A stretch of 64,000 nucleotides of DNA from the human T2T-CHM13v2.0 reference genome, Homo sapiens: assembly GCF_009914755.1 (NCBI RefSeq), contig NC_060933.1. One strand, given 5' to 3'. This document shows positions 31,787 through 47,796 of the stretch, one piece after another. The translations under genes were made by a program, and so were the position numbers. The notes beneath the pieces were generated by a model. It ran no database searches and was not told the origin of the DNA. It saw only the letters and a list, made by a program, of their open reading frames with translations. Position 1 is the stretch's first letter. Each line of letters opens with the position of its first letter.

Positions 31787-32181
31787 TGTGACAGTTAATA
31801 CTAAGTGTCAACTTGATTGGATTGAAGAATACAAAGTGTTGATCCTGGGTGTGTCTGTGAGGGTGTTGCCAAAAGAGATTAACATTTGAGTCAGTGGGCT
31901 GGGGAAGGCAGATCCACCCTTAATCTGGTGGGCACAATCTAATCAGCTACCAGTGAATATAAAGCAGGTAGAAACACGTGAAAAGTAAAGACTGGCCTAG
32001 CCTCCCAGCCTACATCTTTCTCCCATGCTGGGTGCTTCCTGCCCTCAAACTTCAGACTCTGAGTTCTTCAGTTTTGGGACTCGGACTGGCTCTCCTAGCT
32101 CCTAAGCTTGCAGACAGCCTGTTGTGGGACCTTGTGATCGTGTAAGTTAATACTTAATAAACTCTCTCTCTCTCTTTCTCT

Positions 32182-32243
<62 letters not shown>

Positions 32244-32279
32244 CCTATTAGTTCTGTCCCTCTAAAGAACCCTAATACA
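31787..32279 (+). mobile_element. MLT2A solo LTR (HERV-L) with (TC)n(CA)n(TA)n
   Basis: TGTGACAGTTAATACTAAGTGTCAACTTGATTGGATTGAAG start, CCTAATACA end, 5-bp TSD CACTC. Confidence 0.92.
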
Positions 32280-32343
32280 CACTCCTATATTCGACACAAT
32301 ACTGGAAGTCCTAGCTAGTGAAATAAGTCAAGAAAATGAAATA

Positions 32344-32643
<300 letters not shown>

Positions 32644-32692
32644 ACCCAGTCTCAGGTATTTCTTTACAGCAATGCAAGAACAGAATAATATA
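32644..32692 (+). mobile_element. MST LTR 3'-terminal fragment
   Basis: ACCCAGTCTCAGGTATTTCTTTACAGCAATGCAAGAACAGAATAATA. Confidence 0.8.
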
Positions 32693-32699
32693 GAAATTC

Positions 32700-33077
32700 T
32701 CCCAGCAACAATGTATTTCAACATGCAGGCAGTATCGCCTTCCACAGATGCTCACACCAGCCTGAGTGGCCAGGATTCTTACAGGGGATCAGTCCTGTAG
32801 ACATGCATGGCCCAAGTGACTGGCCTTAGTTAGTCTCCAGCTCCTCCAGGGGTCAAGTTGATACTGCATGGCCCAAGGCCCCCACCATAAATCACATTGT
32901 TAGCATAAGTTATCTGGAGTGGCCCAAGATGGGCAGGTATACAAGCACATTCTTATCAGGAAGGGTATTCTAAGGGTTTAGAGCTTTTCTCCCAGGAGCC
33001 AGCCAAGGGCCAGCCCTTCCTCTGGAATGTGCAAGGTTTAAAAATCCCAAGACTGTGGAGTTAACCCTTTACTGCAT
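32700..33077. mobile_element. MER21-like LTR fragment
   Basis: CCCCCACCATAAATCACATTGTTAGCATA; GAGTTAACCCTTTACTGCA terminus. Confidence 0.7.
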
Positions 33078-33350
33078 GACATGTGATAAAATCTTACAGA
33101 AATATATACCAATAATGTTAATAATAATAATTTTAAAAAGAGTGCATGTAATATCTTATGAAGTCCAAATAAAGTCTGCAGTTTAGTTAACAGTGCCATA
33201 CCAATGTAATTTTCCTGTTTTTGGTGATGGAGGATTGTTCCGTGGTTATTATGTAAGATATTACTAAAGAAAGCTATAAATGCACTCTGTAGTATTTTTG
33301 CAACTTCTTGTGAATATAAAATTATTTCAAAATAAAAACGTTTTTAAAAA
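33078..33350 (+). mobile_element. L1MC-like 3' end
   Basis: TATTTTTGCAACTTCTTGTGAATATAAAATTATTTCAAAATAAAA. Confidence 0.75.
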
Positions 33351-33665
33351 AGTAAATGACAGGCAAGCCAGATGAGGCAAGGGAGGAGAATGAAGATGTG
33401 AAGGACTCTGATCACCAAATACTCTGTGAATTGCAGGCACTGCTCCAGGTACAAGAGGTAGAGCAGCACACTGAGCTCATTCTAGTGGATAAGGCAGACC
33501 AATGAATAAGAAAGCAGTAAGCACTGGAACAGAGGAAACAAGCAGAAACAGTGATTCATGTGACAAAAAGGCCAGGAGAGCTGGAGGCGCTGCTCCGGGT
33601 AGGTCTGCGGGAGCCCCTTAGGGACTCCGAAGTGAGAGGGAGGCACTTGTTAGAAGAGCAGGGGA

Positions 33666-33965
33666 GGCCAGGTGCGGTGGCGCCTGTAATCCCAGCACTC
33701 TGGGAGGCTGAGGCGGGTGGATCACCTAAGGTCAGGAGTTTAAGACCAGCCTGGCTGACATGGTGAAACCCCATCTCTACTAAAAATACAAAAAGTAGCT
33801 GGGCATAGTGGTACAGTCCTGTAATCCCGGCTACTCTAGAGGGCTGAGGCAGGAGAATCACTTGAATCTGGGAGGCGGAGGGAGGTTGCAGTGAGCCAAG
33901 ATCGCAACATTGCAGTCCAGCCTGGGTGCCAGAGCAAGACTCTGTCTCAAAAAAAAAAAAAAAAG
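33666..33965 (+). mobile_element. Alu (AluS) inserted in L2 remnant (~33410-34380)
   Basis: Full dimer; TSD AAGAGCAGGGGA. Confidence 0.93.
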
Positions 33966-35074
33966 AGCAGGGGAAACAGCAAGAGATAAAGGCCCAGAGA
34001 TGGAAAAGGGCTTTTCACACATGGGGAAGAGAACATCAGCTGTGACAGAGCTTGGAAGAGGAACACGGGCTGAGACTAGGTCAGGGAGTTGGCCAACCTC
34101 AGACTTCCCAGGGCTTTTCAGGCCTTGGAAAAGGATTCGGATTTTCATGTGAATTTGAGTGACTGCAAAAAATGGAAGAGTTTTCCACCAGAGCATGATG
34201 TAGTCTGATTTCTATTTTTAAAAAATAATAATTCCTTTAAGAAGAACAGGTTGGAGAAGGAATGGAATGGAAGTAGGTCAATCCATCAGGAGGCTCTTAG
34301 CCAGGCTGATGAGAGGTGTCAGAGGCTTGAGCAGGCTGGTAATAATGGGGAGAAGTGAAGGATTCACACTAAATTATAGGGGCAAAATACACTTTTAAGG
34401 AGATGGTGCCTGAGGATGAACTTGTGGCAAGCTCTGGGCAGGGGAGGAGGGAGTGAGGACATCAGAGGCTCCGTGTCCAAAGTCTTTTGTCGGAGATGGG
34501 AGATAGAGAATGGGGTGGTGGGCTGATGGGAAAAATCAAAAAAGAGGGAGGACGGATGATCCAGGAAACAGAAGGAGACATAAGGGAGAGAAGATGGGAG
34601 CTGGGGCTCAGAAGACAGAGACTGAGGCAGAGTGAGGATTTGACTCCAGAAGACAACGGGGTTTTTCCTAGGGCACGTTTATTTCTCAGTGAAAGGTGAG
34701 GTCAGTTGACTCCGGTGGGGTGGTGAGGGGGTGGAGCTAGACAGGAATTTTAAGCTAGAACAAAATATAAACTCCAATGCTCTCAGAGTCTGAGATGAGA
34801 AAGCAAAGTTCCTGGAGGAGACGCTGCTGGCCAGTGGTGAGTGCAGATATGCAGAAGGAAGGTGAGGGGCCTTGCCAGAAGCAGGGCCAGCTATTCCCAC
34901 TAGACGATGCCTTGCTTTCTTGAATTGCAGGGAAGCAGAAATGCATCACACCATGAAGCAAAGGCTAATCAAGGAGGTTTGCTGTACTTTTTCAGCTACT
35001 CCTCACAGCGCTAAGGGCTGTGGAGACACTGCCCTCTGTGTGCCTCCGTGCCTGAGCATGAGCTTTATCACTAG

Positions 35075-35631
<557 letters not shown>

Positions 35632-37375
35632 CTAACAGAGCCTCGGTTTGGTGCAGGAGTACTTTTCTTTCTTATGTCCATCCTCTGCAAGAGAGCATGG
35701 TCTTGTCCCCAACTCAGGCTGTTTGGTCCTGGAGCTCGGGAACCTACCCCACTGTTGGTACCCAGGGTCACTTCACCCCTGTGGCAGTGACATCCCCTCT
35801 ACAAGGTCCCCAGTCAGACACCAAAACCACAGCCACGTCCCACCCAGCAGCACAGGGGCCCCCATCCCCTCTGCTGGGACTGCCCCCCGGCCACCCAACT
35901 TGTTCATCTCTGTTTTCCATCTAGGTCAGTGCAGAGAGTGGAGTGTGGGGTCAGGGCACAGCCCAAGAGGCCACTTCTCACTCATGTCTTAGCCTCTTCC
36001 ACTGCCTTTCTTCTCTGAGATGTTGGTCCCTGGGTTCTTCCCTCCTCCATCTCCTTGTTTTCCTGCAATACTTGGACACTGGAAGAAGTGGTTTTTCCTT
36101 CCCCAGCAAAGATCCTCTAAGGTTTGGCTGAGGTTGGCCTACTCATGGGGAGTGTGGCACCGTGGACAGGACTGTTCAGATCCCAGCCTTGCACTTACTT
36201 TGTACCATTGGGAAAACCTCCTCACAGCTCGTCTCAATGGTAAACTGGGAAAGAAAATATCCCCAGTATTCCTTTGAGAACTAAACAAATTCATGTCCAA
36301 TATAGTCAGCTAGACATCAGCAGTCCAAGAATTTAGCTTCTTCATCTACCTGTTTCAACAGACGCTCTTCAAAACCTGAAGTTTCCCCATCCCAGGAGTG
36401 AACTGAGTGCTGGAATGTCAGGGAAGATCTCATACTCATGGATGGGTGAGGTCTTTTGTTTTCCCTTCATGTCTCACTTACTCAAACCCATTCAGATGAC
36501 TGCCTGTTAGCAGGACAACCATAGAATGTGGTGTTCAAACCCAGCCCCCTTGAGCAGGGCCTAACAAAATCTAGGGACTGTCAATCCCATCATCCCTCTA
36601 ATCTTGGCAAAAACTCCATTGTGTTCCAGCATCAGGAGATGAGAACTAAGTTCTCTGCACACAAGGCACTCATGTCCATGCAAGCTGGGACTCTCAGTAT
36701 TTGTGGAAAGAAAAGTCATTTCCAAACCCTCCCAATCAATAAACAAATAGCATATACTGGATATGAAAACCAGGTGAGATGAGGAAGCCAATAGGTTGGA
36801 TGGCACCGGACTCCACACAGCTGCTGGGGGCGGCCCCTCCCTCTCCACATCACAGAGGGCCAGGCAAATGAGCTCAGGGAATAGTGAGCAGATGACACAC
36901 TGCCCCTGAGTGACGGCGGGATAACAGCAGAGCAACAAAGTCCCAGAGGATTTCAAAATGTCAGTGGCTTTCTAAGCCTCACAAGATACACACGCTGTGC
37001 CAAAATCACTCGGCAAGGCTGAGGCCTCTGCTTATGCAGCTGATGAGGCAGTGTGAGGGTGCCCAGCTTCATGAGTGCAGATGCTATCTCTCCCGACAAG
37101 AGCAGGGCTGCTGCATCCAAAGCAGAATTAATTAGTCATAGAGAGAAAAGCCCACTGGTAATTAGAGAACCCTTCTCCCCACTAACCAGACAGCACCCAT
37201 TCTACCCACAGTCATACCACAAGTACCTCTTCATCTCACGACCGCTCCTTCTCAGTCTTGAACTTGTTAGGACCCAGGGGCCCATTTCACAGAGGGCATC
37301 CAATGGCAGCAATTCCCAATCCAGGATCCTACTGCCATTGGTAGGAGATAAGGCCGCATTAGAAATATATAGCTA

Positions 37376-37677
<302 letters not shown>

Positions 37678-37688
37678 ATAGAAATATA

Positions 37689-37833
37689 TAACTAGCTCCT
37701 CGCGCCCACCAGTTCACAGCATCTTGCTTAGGATGGGTCTAAAGTGTGCTGGACCATGGAAATAGTAACTAGCTCCTCATGCCCACCAGTTCACAGCGCA
37801 TAGCTTAGGACAGGGCTGAAGTGTGCTGGACCA
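37689..37833. repeat. Two-copy 77-bp tandem duplication
   Basis: TAACTAGCTCCTC..GCCCACCAGTTCACAGC..GCTTAGGA..AAGTGTGCTGGACCA at 37689 and 37766. Confidence 0.85.
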
Positions 37834-39416
37834 CAGAGACCCCTCTTTTTAGACTTTACTGCTAAAGTCCTGAGAGAGGCATTTTGGAAAAGCAGTCTAT
37901 GGCCTATGGAGGCAGAGTGACATGGTTCTTCCTGCAGGTGGTGTTCTGTCAAGAAAAGCTGAGCTGCTCAGAGAAACTTTCCCAGTTGAAGCTTTCTAAA
38001 GCTTTGCCCCTCTGTTAATAGGCAAATCCCCCACATGACAAATCCACTGTTGCTCTTGGCTAACCCTCTGTGAATTCATGCCCTAAAAGAAGCAGGTTAT
38101 AAAAGGGAGGGAGACAGAACAAGGGAGGGATGCCACTGAGGTGGGGAGGTAGTAACCAGAGACTGCAGGAAACACCACCAGTGCCATACTCCTGATCCGA
38201 CTCCAGAGGGAGTGTGCGGACCACTGGCCACACCAGCTGCCACATCATACACATACTTAATAGTTTGTCTGAGTTTAGCAGAGGGACACTAAAAAGTTTA
38301 TTGTCTCATTCAGATGAAATGTTCTTAGTTGACATTCCAAATAAACAAGAAGTGCCCAGCTTAGCGGTAAGTCCCTCATGGTGTAACAGATGCCTTTATA
38401 ATTTAATTCCTGTGCATTCAGTGACTATTCATATGCATTAGATGAGAATTGTTTGGCTCCAGTAACACTATGCAATGTCTCTTTGTCAACAAACAGAAAG
38501 AGGTGTGCAAGTCTGCCAAAAGTTTATGTACTCTTCATTAATGCCTGTGAACCAAAGTCCTACTGAATCTGCGTAGGTTAGAATGAGACAGCTTTGTTAT
38601 TAGTTACAAAGCAACCGAGGCCTACCTGTCTGTTGCAATCAGAGGGCAGAAAATAAAGGCTCAAGTACACATTGCAGGCCCTCCATGAAATAAATGGTCT
38701 GATTTCTCATGTCATCTTGTGGGATAAAGCCTGCATAATATCACAGAACAGTTCTACCCTGGTACTTTGCAGTGAAGACTTAGCCAAAGAGCAAAGCATA
38801 GCAAATTGAATGGGTCAGAGAAACACACAGTGAAAAATCTCCATACATCTGTTCAACACATTTGGATTTTTATACCATTTCCTCCCAAATTAGCTTTTGA
38901 ATGCTCTAGACCCCAAAGCTGTTTCTCTGCCTGGGCCACAAAATTCAAATCTACTGACTTTGCGCCAATGTGTGTGTTCTCTAAATGGCTGAGAGAATCA
39001 ATCACTCAACCCCAATTTGAACCACAGTCCTTGATGTGAACCAGCCTTAAAAGTTACTCCATCTGTTAACCATTTATTTGGAAAACATAACTAGAATTGT
39101 GTTTTTTAATTGCTGTATCAATCACTATTTTTGCAGAACAGTTTCCATATATTCTAACCAAACCCACAATTTTTAGATGTTCTAACACAACAATTTCTCT
39201 AAACTAGGGAAATGCTCTAATGGTTCGATTGTGCAAACCACCAAATACCTTATCCCCAAACTTTAGACAAGTATAAGAATTATAGATGAGTTATGATCTA
39301 ATATGATATATTATCATATATTTCATATTATACACAATTTAGTATATTATTATTTTTATAAATATAGCATGTGTGATATATTACATGTTAGATGTCATAT
39401 GTTATATTATGTATGA

Positions 39417-39625
39417 CAGGTTGGGCAAACTTTATCTTAAAGGGGGAGATAGTAAATATTTCAGCCTTGCAGGACATATGGCCTATGTTGCAACTACTGA
39501 ACTCTGCCATCGTAGCAAAAGCAGCCATAAACAATATGTAAATGAATGAGTATAGCTGTGTGGCAATAAAAGTTTATTTACAAAAACATGTAGTGGGCCC
39601 ATGAGTCATAGTTTGTCAATCTCTG
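39417..39625. mobile_element. MER58A hAT-Charlie MITE
   Basis: CAGGTTGGGCAAACT...GTTGCAACTACTGAACTCTGCC...TAGTTTGTCAATCTCTG. Confidence 0.85.
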
Positions 39626-40352
39626 ATATATTTTATATATTATATATTTCTAAATATGGTTGTATACTAAATACTAGAAATGTTTCATATATGTGGACTG
39701 GATGTCCCAGTAACAGAGCTTAGATTCACTCTATGGGCAGCAGGAACTTCCAGGAGGCATTTGACATGGTGAAGAAAACACTACAGTGATACGATGCATC
39801 ACTGAAATGTTCCAACATTAACACTGAATTTAAATGCATTTAAAATGAGTGTTGAAATGCTGGATAAACCTGTTTCACTCATGTTAGAAACTAGCAGGCA
39901 CTTTGTCCTGAGTTTTGGAGTGCGCCACATTCCTCTCCTGTCTCCTGCCGCTGTCTTGGTCCCAGGTCCCAAACACACTTCAAGCAGAATTTGTGCATAC
40001 ATTGCCTCCTTTGATGGATTCCTCAGGAACTCAAATGGTAAATGCTTTCTTAGTCCCCTGTGTAATATCCTTGACATTTAGTGGAAACTTTTTACTTCTA
40101 CTTCTTCTCCATCATGTATTTTTGACGAATTGACTTGAAGCGGCATTCCTTGATTTTGAGTTGCATTTTCTCACAGTGGAGTTCCCAGGGCCTTCCTACT
40201 CCTCCAAGATTTCTCACATGGACCACGCCTTGGAGATTTGCAAGCCTCTGGTAGTTCTCCTGTGGAGCTTTATGGTCCTTACCTAATTGCCAAATTTCTT
40301 GGTGAGGTTACTCCTGGTTTAACATTGACTCTTATATCCCAAGTGAAGAAAA

Positions 40353-40387
<35 letters not shown>

Positions 40388-40484
40388 GAGAAGTGAAATG
40401 TCACTTCTCTATTAGGTGGGAAAGAAGGGGGAAGTGAGGAAAGATTGCAAAAGTGGAAAAGAAGAAAAGATTCTGGGAAACCTT

Positions 40485-40615
40485 TTGAAATGACCGATCG
40501 GGTACGCTGTACACTATTTGGGGGATGAGTACGCTAGAAGCCCAGACTCCACTACTATACAATTCACCCATGTAACCAAAAACCTCTTGCACAACTAAAG
40601 CTATTGAAATAAAAA
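40485..40615 (+). mobile_element. L1PB/L1MA 3' end fragment
   Basis: AAGCCCAGACTCCACTACTATACAATTCACCCATGTAACCAAAA..AAGCTATTGAAATAAAAA. Confidence 0.8.
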
Positions 40616-43393
40616 GGAATTGAAAGCAAAATGTTAAAATAAATTAATTAAATTTAACTAAGCTTAATGAATGATTGGAAGCTTTGAAGAATGGTGAGTA
40701 CTCACGATGACAGGTTGGAGTCCGAGAATACCTTGAACTGCAGGATGAACAGTAGATATTACAAAGGAAAGTATAAGAGGAATAAACATGAAGTCCTCTA
40801 CTTGAATCCAAGAAATGAACAGCATGTACAAAACAAGACACATGAAGACTAGGAGGTGGGGCTTAGTGAACCGTAAACTCATTCAATAGCTTCTCACAAA
40901 GCTAATGTGGCCATAGGTGTATTAAAAAGTTGCCATATATAGAACAAAGGTGGTCATAGTTCTTCCACGTGTGTATTCTCCAGCTCTCATTGCCTGGGAT
41001 GAACCTGTCCGTAGGGTTCCAGGTATCCAGGGGTTTCTCATCCAAGGAGATGATGGCGATGCCCAAACTCACTACCAAGCAGAGGGAAGACAGAAGTCCA
41101 CATGTAAGAGAGTAAGTGCAGGATCCAGTGGTGCCCAAACCCGTGGCCAAAATACAGTGAAGCACTGAAGGTAGAACAAAAGCCAAGGAGCAAGTGGAGG
41201 TTAGGATGCCGTGACTGCCTGCTCTCTGTTTGGGTATTTCAGTCTGCCAGGGTCTGGGGCTGGAGACCCAAGGATGAACACATGCTCTACTTTGAAGGTT
41301 TAGACCATACTGGAGCACCATGGCTGTGGGCAGGAAGCATGTTGTAAAGGACGGACTGGGATGTCTCTCAAGCAAAGCAACTAGAATGGGAGGGGTCTAA
41401 AACCCTCGTCACTGTGTGGGGGACACACAGGCTGGGGGTCATGGCCTGAAAAGAGGAGCACAAAGGAAGGCATGGGGGGTGCGTGAGGGTTGTCGCTAAA
41501 TTTGTGAAGAGATATCTCTAGAGGAGGGATTTGGCTCTGTTTCATAAGTTACCAACAGAAGCTACACAAACACATATTTGAAATAAAGAATGCATAGTTG
41601 ATGGATGAGAATCAAGCAGAAGCAATTTCAATGCAAGGAGGTGTCTTTTATCATGGGCTGCAATGTGTGGACCACAGACGTTTCCCATCTCCAGATGGCT
41701 TGAGCAGAGATGAGAAAGACATTTGAGCCCTGTCCTAACTCTGCTATAAGTAGCTGCAAGACTGTGGCCACAACACTCAAAAACCCCTGTCCTAATGAAC
41801 GTTCTGCTCACTGTGAATGACATATCCGAGAGCACTGCATGAACTTCAAAATGCTATCAGGTCAGGCATTACCACGTGGCTATGGAATAACAGAAAAGGG
41901 TTAAACTGTACTAGCTTTCGGGATTCTATGATGCACAAGACAGAGCAAAGTTAAACTGCAGTCCCACACAGGTAGAATTACCACGAATTTTAAGACATGG
42001 AATCTAAATAATCCCTGTTTCTTTTCTACTTCCCAAAAATGAATCCCCTGGGTGCAATCACTCCTGTTATGAAGAGGATTTACCATGCTGGGGAGTCAAC
42101 GCTAAGACTCACAAAAAGACAAACAGTAAAGAGTTCCTGGGCTGCCCCATCGACTATGCCAAAAGGTAGTCCCAAAGGTTTCAGCAGGTCCCAGAGTCAT
42201 CCTCCACACTCTCACCTCACCCTCACGCTCAGTCTTTGTGTTCGCGTCTCTGATCCCTCTCCACCCCATCCCAAAGGCACCAAAGGGTGGTTTGGTCTGG
42301 AAAGCCCTGGCCAAGTTGTGCAATTGACTAATGCCTCATATTCCTCCTCTCGAAGAGGATGTAAACACCTCTGCCCCACCCACCTCCCTGGCTTGCTGGA
42401 GGGATTACAAGATTCAATATAAGTAAAGCTGTTTCAAAAAGTGTAAAAGCCTTTTGCATTTTAGCAACTACTAAGGACTTCTAAGTCCCATATATCCATG
42501 TCCCTGGACTAATGAGCACTTCCCAAACATTGCCTTCTAATTCCCAAGTCTCCTATTAAAATGTTCTTACTCCATTAGACACAAGAGGAAATAGATTCTG
42601 TCCCAAAACTTGTAAATGGCACCAGGATTTAAATATGGTTCTGTTTCACTCCAAAAACCTATGCTCTTCCCCTCTTCCCCACCTCTTGGACTGCCTTCCT
42701 GATTATCAGCATCACCTTTGGAGAAAGCAGAGAAGGATCTTTGGGGAAAGATGGAAGAACAGATGAAGCTGCAACCCTCGGATATTTCTGTATCCCTCCT
42801 GTATCTTCAACCTCATGTATCTTCAACCCTCTTGCGTCTTCAAGGAATCCAGGAAAGAAACTGAGGGGTAGGCAGTGTGAACTAGCACATGAACTGCGGT
42901 GAAAGACACACACACACTCCCCTTCAAGCTGAAGCCAGGCTGGGTGTCAGAATGGTAAAACATCATCCTGAGAGTTGTAAAATGCTGGAAGCGTTTAATT
43001 ACACTGATGTGTATCTGCTGGAAGTCTTCCCAGAGATTCACGCACTCCATCAGCATTCTACCGCCAAATTAATCAACAGATTGTTATCAAGACACAAATC
43101 TGCTTGCAAAGATATTTTTGTGGAGTTTAATTCCACAAAGAAAACACTGCTGCTTGTTAACGTAAAAAAGAAAGACATAAAATACTAAGAAAAAATCGCA
43201 TGCTTGGCGGTCCCCAGAACCATTTGAAAAGAAGATTAATAATTTGAATGATGTGTGAAATCTGAAATTTAGAGACTAGGGTCTCTCAAGAATGAGCATA
43301 TTTTAGATTCTTTTTATGGCTTGCCATGGAAAGTCTGAAGCTGATGCAACACAGACCCTTGAAGACCTTTACTAGGTCCATCGTGTCGCTTTA

Positions 43394-43706
<313 letters not shown>

Positions 43707-44219
43707 TCGTGTTGCTTTAGGGACAAAGCATTCCAAGTGCCACCATTTTGTATGGCATCTTTGTGAAACAGTGGAAACAAGGCGGAAGTTCTAGCAGGCT
43801 GTTGGTGTCTTGGAGAAATTGTTGTTACATTATACTCTGGGCACCTCCTTCTTTCCTCCTTCTTTCCTTGTCCCCAACCAAGGAAGACACAAGCAGTTAC
43901 TCCCATTGACTACAACAGCTGAACAAGCACACTCTCCCATTGATGGTGTCTGTCTGATCACTGCCCTTCATACACCAGGGAGATGATCATGCCCTGCTGC
44001 CAGGTCCTGCGGTCCCACTTCCTGGCCATGTTGTCTCTTAAACCACCTGAAGAGGTTTAGTTCCTTTGGAAATATCAGTAACCGCTCAACAGTGCTGTGT
44101 CATAGAGTCACAAAACAGGAAGGTAAGTCTAGGTCTATGCTGATGTGTAGATCCCTGTGTTGGCCTAATTCATATTTTCTTCTTTTTTATTTCCAGTGTT
44201 ACTTACTTTATTTCAATAG

Positions 44220-44910
<691 letters not shown>

Positions 44911-45084
44911 TCATTTCACATTTTAAGCAATATTTTTACATCACTTTAATAAAGATTAAAAGTATATTAAAGAAAATAAATAATCTTTCCCAAATTCCCC
45001 ATCCCACAGTTCTCTCTAGAAAGATTTATTATTTATTCTGGATCCTTTTGTAAAGGGATTCTATGATTACATAAGTATGCGTAA

Positions 45085-45122
<38 letters not shown>

Positions 45123-47086
45123 ATAGGTGTATCTATATATATAGACACACACCCATGTACAATTGCTAATATATGATAGAAGCTTAAATTGCATCCTCAT
45201 GCTTTAAAATTCAAGTTTCACTTAAACTGATACCCCCTGCATTTGCAAGTATTTATGGTATATGTAGTTTTGTTCCACAATTCTTAAAATCTGCACAATA
45301 ATTCTAATAAATGGAGACAACACATTGTATGTACCAATTAACTGTTGAGTGAAAGAGTCTATAGTGGTTTTAACTTTGGAAAATTAGAAACAGTGCTGCA
45401 AATAACTTCCTCTTCCAGATATGCTGACACCCTTGCCCAAATAATTTTATGAGATAAATTTCTAAAATTTAAACTACTGGATCCAAGGGTCATGATGTTT
45501 AAATTTTTCTAGCTATTGCCAAATTGTCATCCAAATAGCGACGCTACCCACGAACTTTCTATGAGTGCCCATTTCCTCACATCCTCAGAACACTAGGTAT
45601 AGTGAGTTATTTTAAATCATTGCCACTGTGATAAATGTTTTATGATGTCTTAGTATATTCATTTGGATTTCATTAATTATTGGTAACATTTAGCTTCTTT
45701 GGCATTTTAATTTTTTTCTCTGTTCATTCCTTTGGTCTGTTTTTCTATTATCTATTTTCTTTCTCATTAGGTATTTTATGTATTATTCATTACTGTGTCC
45801 CAAATATATCCTCAAAATTTGTCATAGGTCTTGCTTTATTTATAGTATAGCTTCCAGAATCACAAAGTATTATTTCTAAATATCAGCTCTGTTATCCTTC
45901 TCCTTCAGGCTTCCGAATTCTATATCATGCTTAGAAAGACTCCTTCCACCTGGATATTATGAAAATAACATATGTTTTCTGCCACTGATAATTAGGATTT
46001 TAGTTATTGAAACCTTCTGGAATTTATGTGAGTGACTTGACATATTTATGAATTTATACATGTGACTAACTTGTTTTGTTTTGGCTTGCCTATTTTCTCA
46101 ATTAAATAATCCATACTTTTAGATTTGAAATGCCACTACTATTATATGTGAAATTTCCATATTTAATTGTTTGAACTTTGGACTCTGTTCCACTGATACA
46201 CTGGTCTCTGCTATTACCACATTGCTTTAATTTTTGTAACTTTATATTATGTTAGGGTTGGTGCTCTTAAAAATATAATTATAGATGATAAGAAGTTGCA
46301 AAAATAATACATAGAAGTCCCAGGTACCCTTCCCCAGTATCCCCCAATGGTTACTTATATCTTACATAACTATAGTACAATAGCAAAACAAGGACCTTGA
46401 CATTGTACAGTGTGCTTATAGCTCTATGTCATTTTATCACATGTGCAAATTTGTGTAAGTACCACTGCAATCAAGATACAAAAGTATTCCATCACTACAA
46501 AGATCTCCCTGTTCACACCCACCTCCATTCCCACCCCATCATTCCTAATCCCTGGCAATCACTAATCTGCTTCCTATCTCTACAATTTTGTTAATTCTTG
46601 AATTAATAAGAAGGTGTGTGTATCTATCTATAGAATTTTGTTAATTCTTGAATTTTTAACAAAATTGTATATATATACACACACAGCATTCTTGAATTAA
46701 CAAAATATGTATTTTTATATATATACGAAATCATGCAGTGTTGGCCCTTTTGATATTGACATTTTTGCTCAGCATGTTTTTGAGACCCATTCAAGTATTG
46801 TATGTTTCAATAACTTGTTTTCTTTTTTATTTCTGAGTAGTATTCCATGTATGATATATCCTAGTTTGCTTAACCATTCATCCATTGAGGAATCCTGTCA
46901 TTGTTTCCACTTTTTGGTAATACAAATAAGGCTGCTATAAACAATTATTTATAGGTTTTGTGCAAATATAAGTTTTCATTGAGCTGATTGAAATAAAAGC
47001 CCAGGAAATCAATGGCTAGATTTTATGGTTAGTGTAAGCTTAGTTTTCTAAGAAATTGCCAAATGACTTTTAAGAATGCCTGTATT

Positions 47087-47388
47087 GGCTGGCACGGTGG
47101 CTCACGCCTGTAATCCCAGCACTTTGGGAGGCCGAGGCGGGCAGATCACGAGGTCAGGAGTTTGAGACCAGCCTGACCAACATGGTGAAACCTCGTCTCT
47201 ACTAAAAATATAAAAATTAGCTGGGCATGGTGGTGCACACCTGTAATCCCAGCTACTCAGGAGGCTGAGGCAGGAAATCACTTGAACTCAGGAGGCGGAG
47301 GTTGCAGTGAGCTGAGATCACACCACTGCACTCCAGCCTGGGTGACAGAGTGAGACTCCATATCAAAAAACAAAACAAAACAAAAAAT
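47087..47388 (+). mobile_element. Alu (AluSg-like)
   Basis: Full dimer; TSD AGAATGCYTGTAT. Confidence 0.95.
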
Positions 47389-47796
47389 AGAATGCTTGTA
47401 TCATTTTACATCCTCACCAGCAATGTATGAAAGATACCGTTTTTCTGCTTCTCCACCAGCATTTAGAGTTACCATTATTTTTAAAGTTTAGTTGGCCTAA
47501 TAAATGTATAGTGATATCCCAATATGGTTTGACGTTGAATACCTTTTCAAGCACTCATTTTCTATCTGCATATCCTCTTCTTGCCTTTTGTCCATTTTCC
47601 AGTTGGATTGTTGTCTTTTAATGCTGATTTCTGAGAGTTCTTTGTTATTCTAGATATGAGTCCTGCGCCAGATGTGGCTTGCAAATATTTTATCCCAGTA
47701 GCTTGTCTTTCCACGTTCCTATCAGGGTCTTTTGCAAAACAAAAGTTTTAACTTTTGATAAAGTCCAATGTATTAACTTTTTGCTTTTATAGAATG

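Noticed and set aside
40902-41375. 157-aa minus-strand ORF in apparently unique DNA
   Set aside because: No recognisable domain, non-ATG start, no splice or codon evidence; length is compatible with chance
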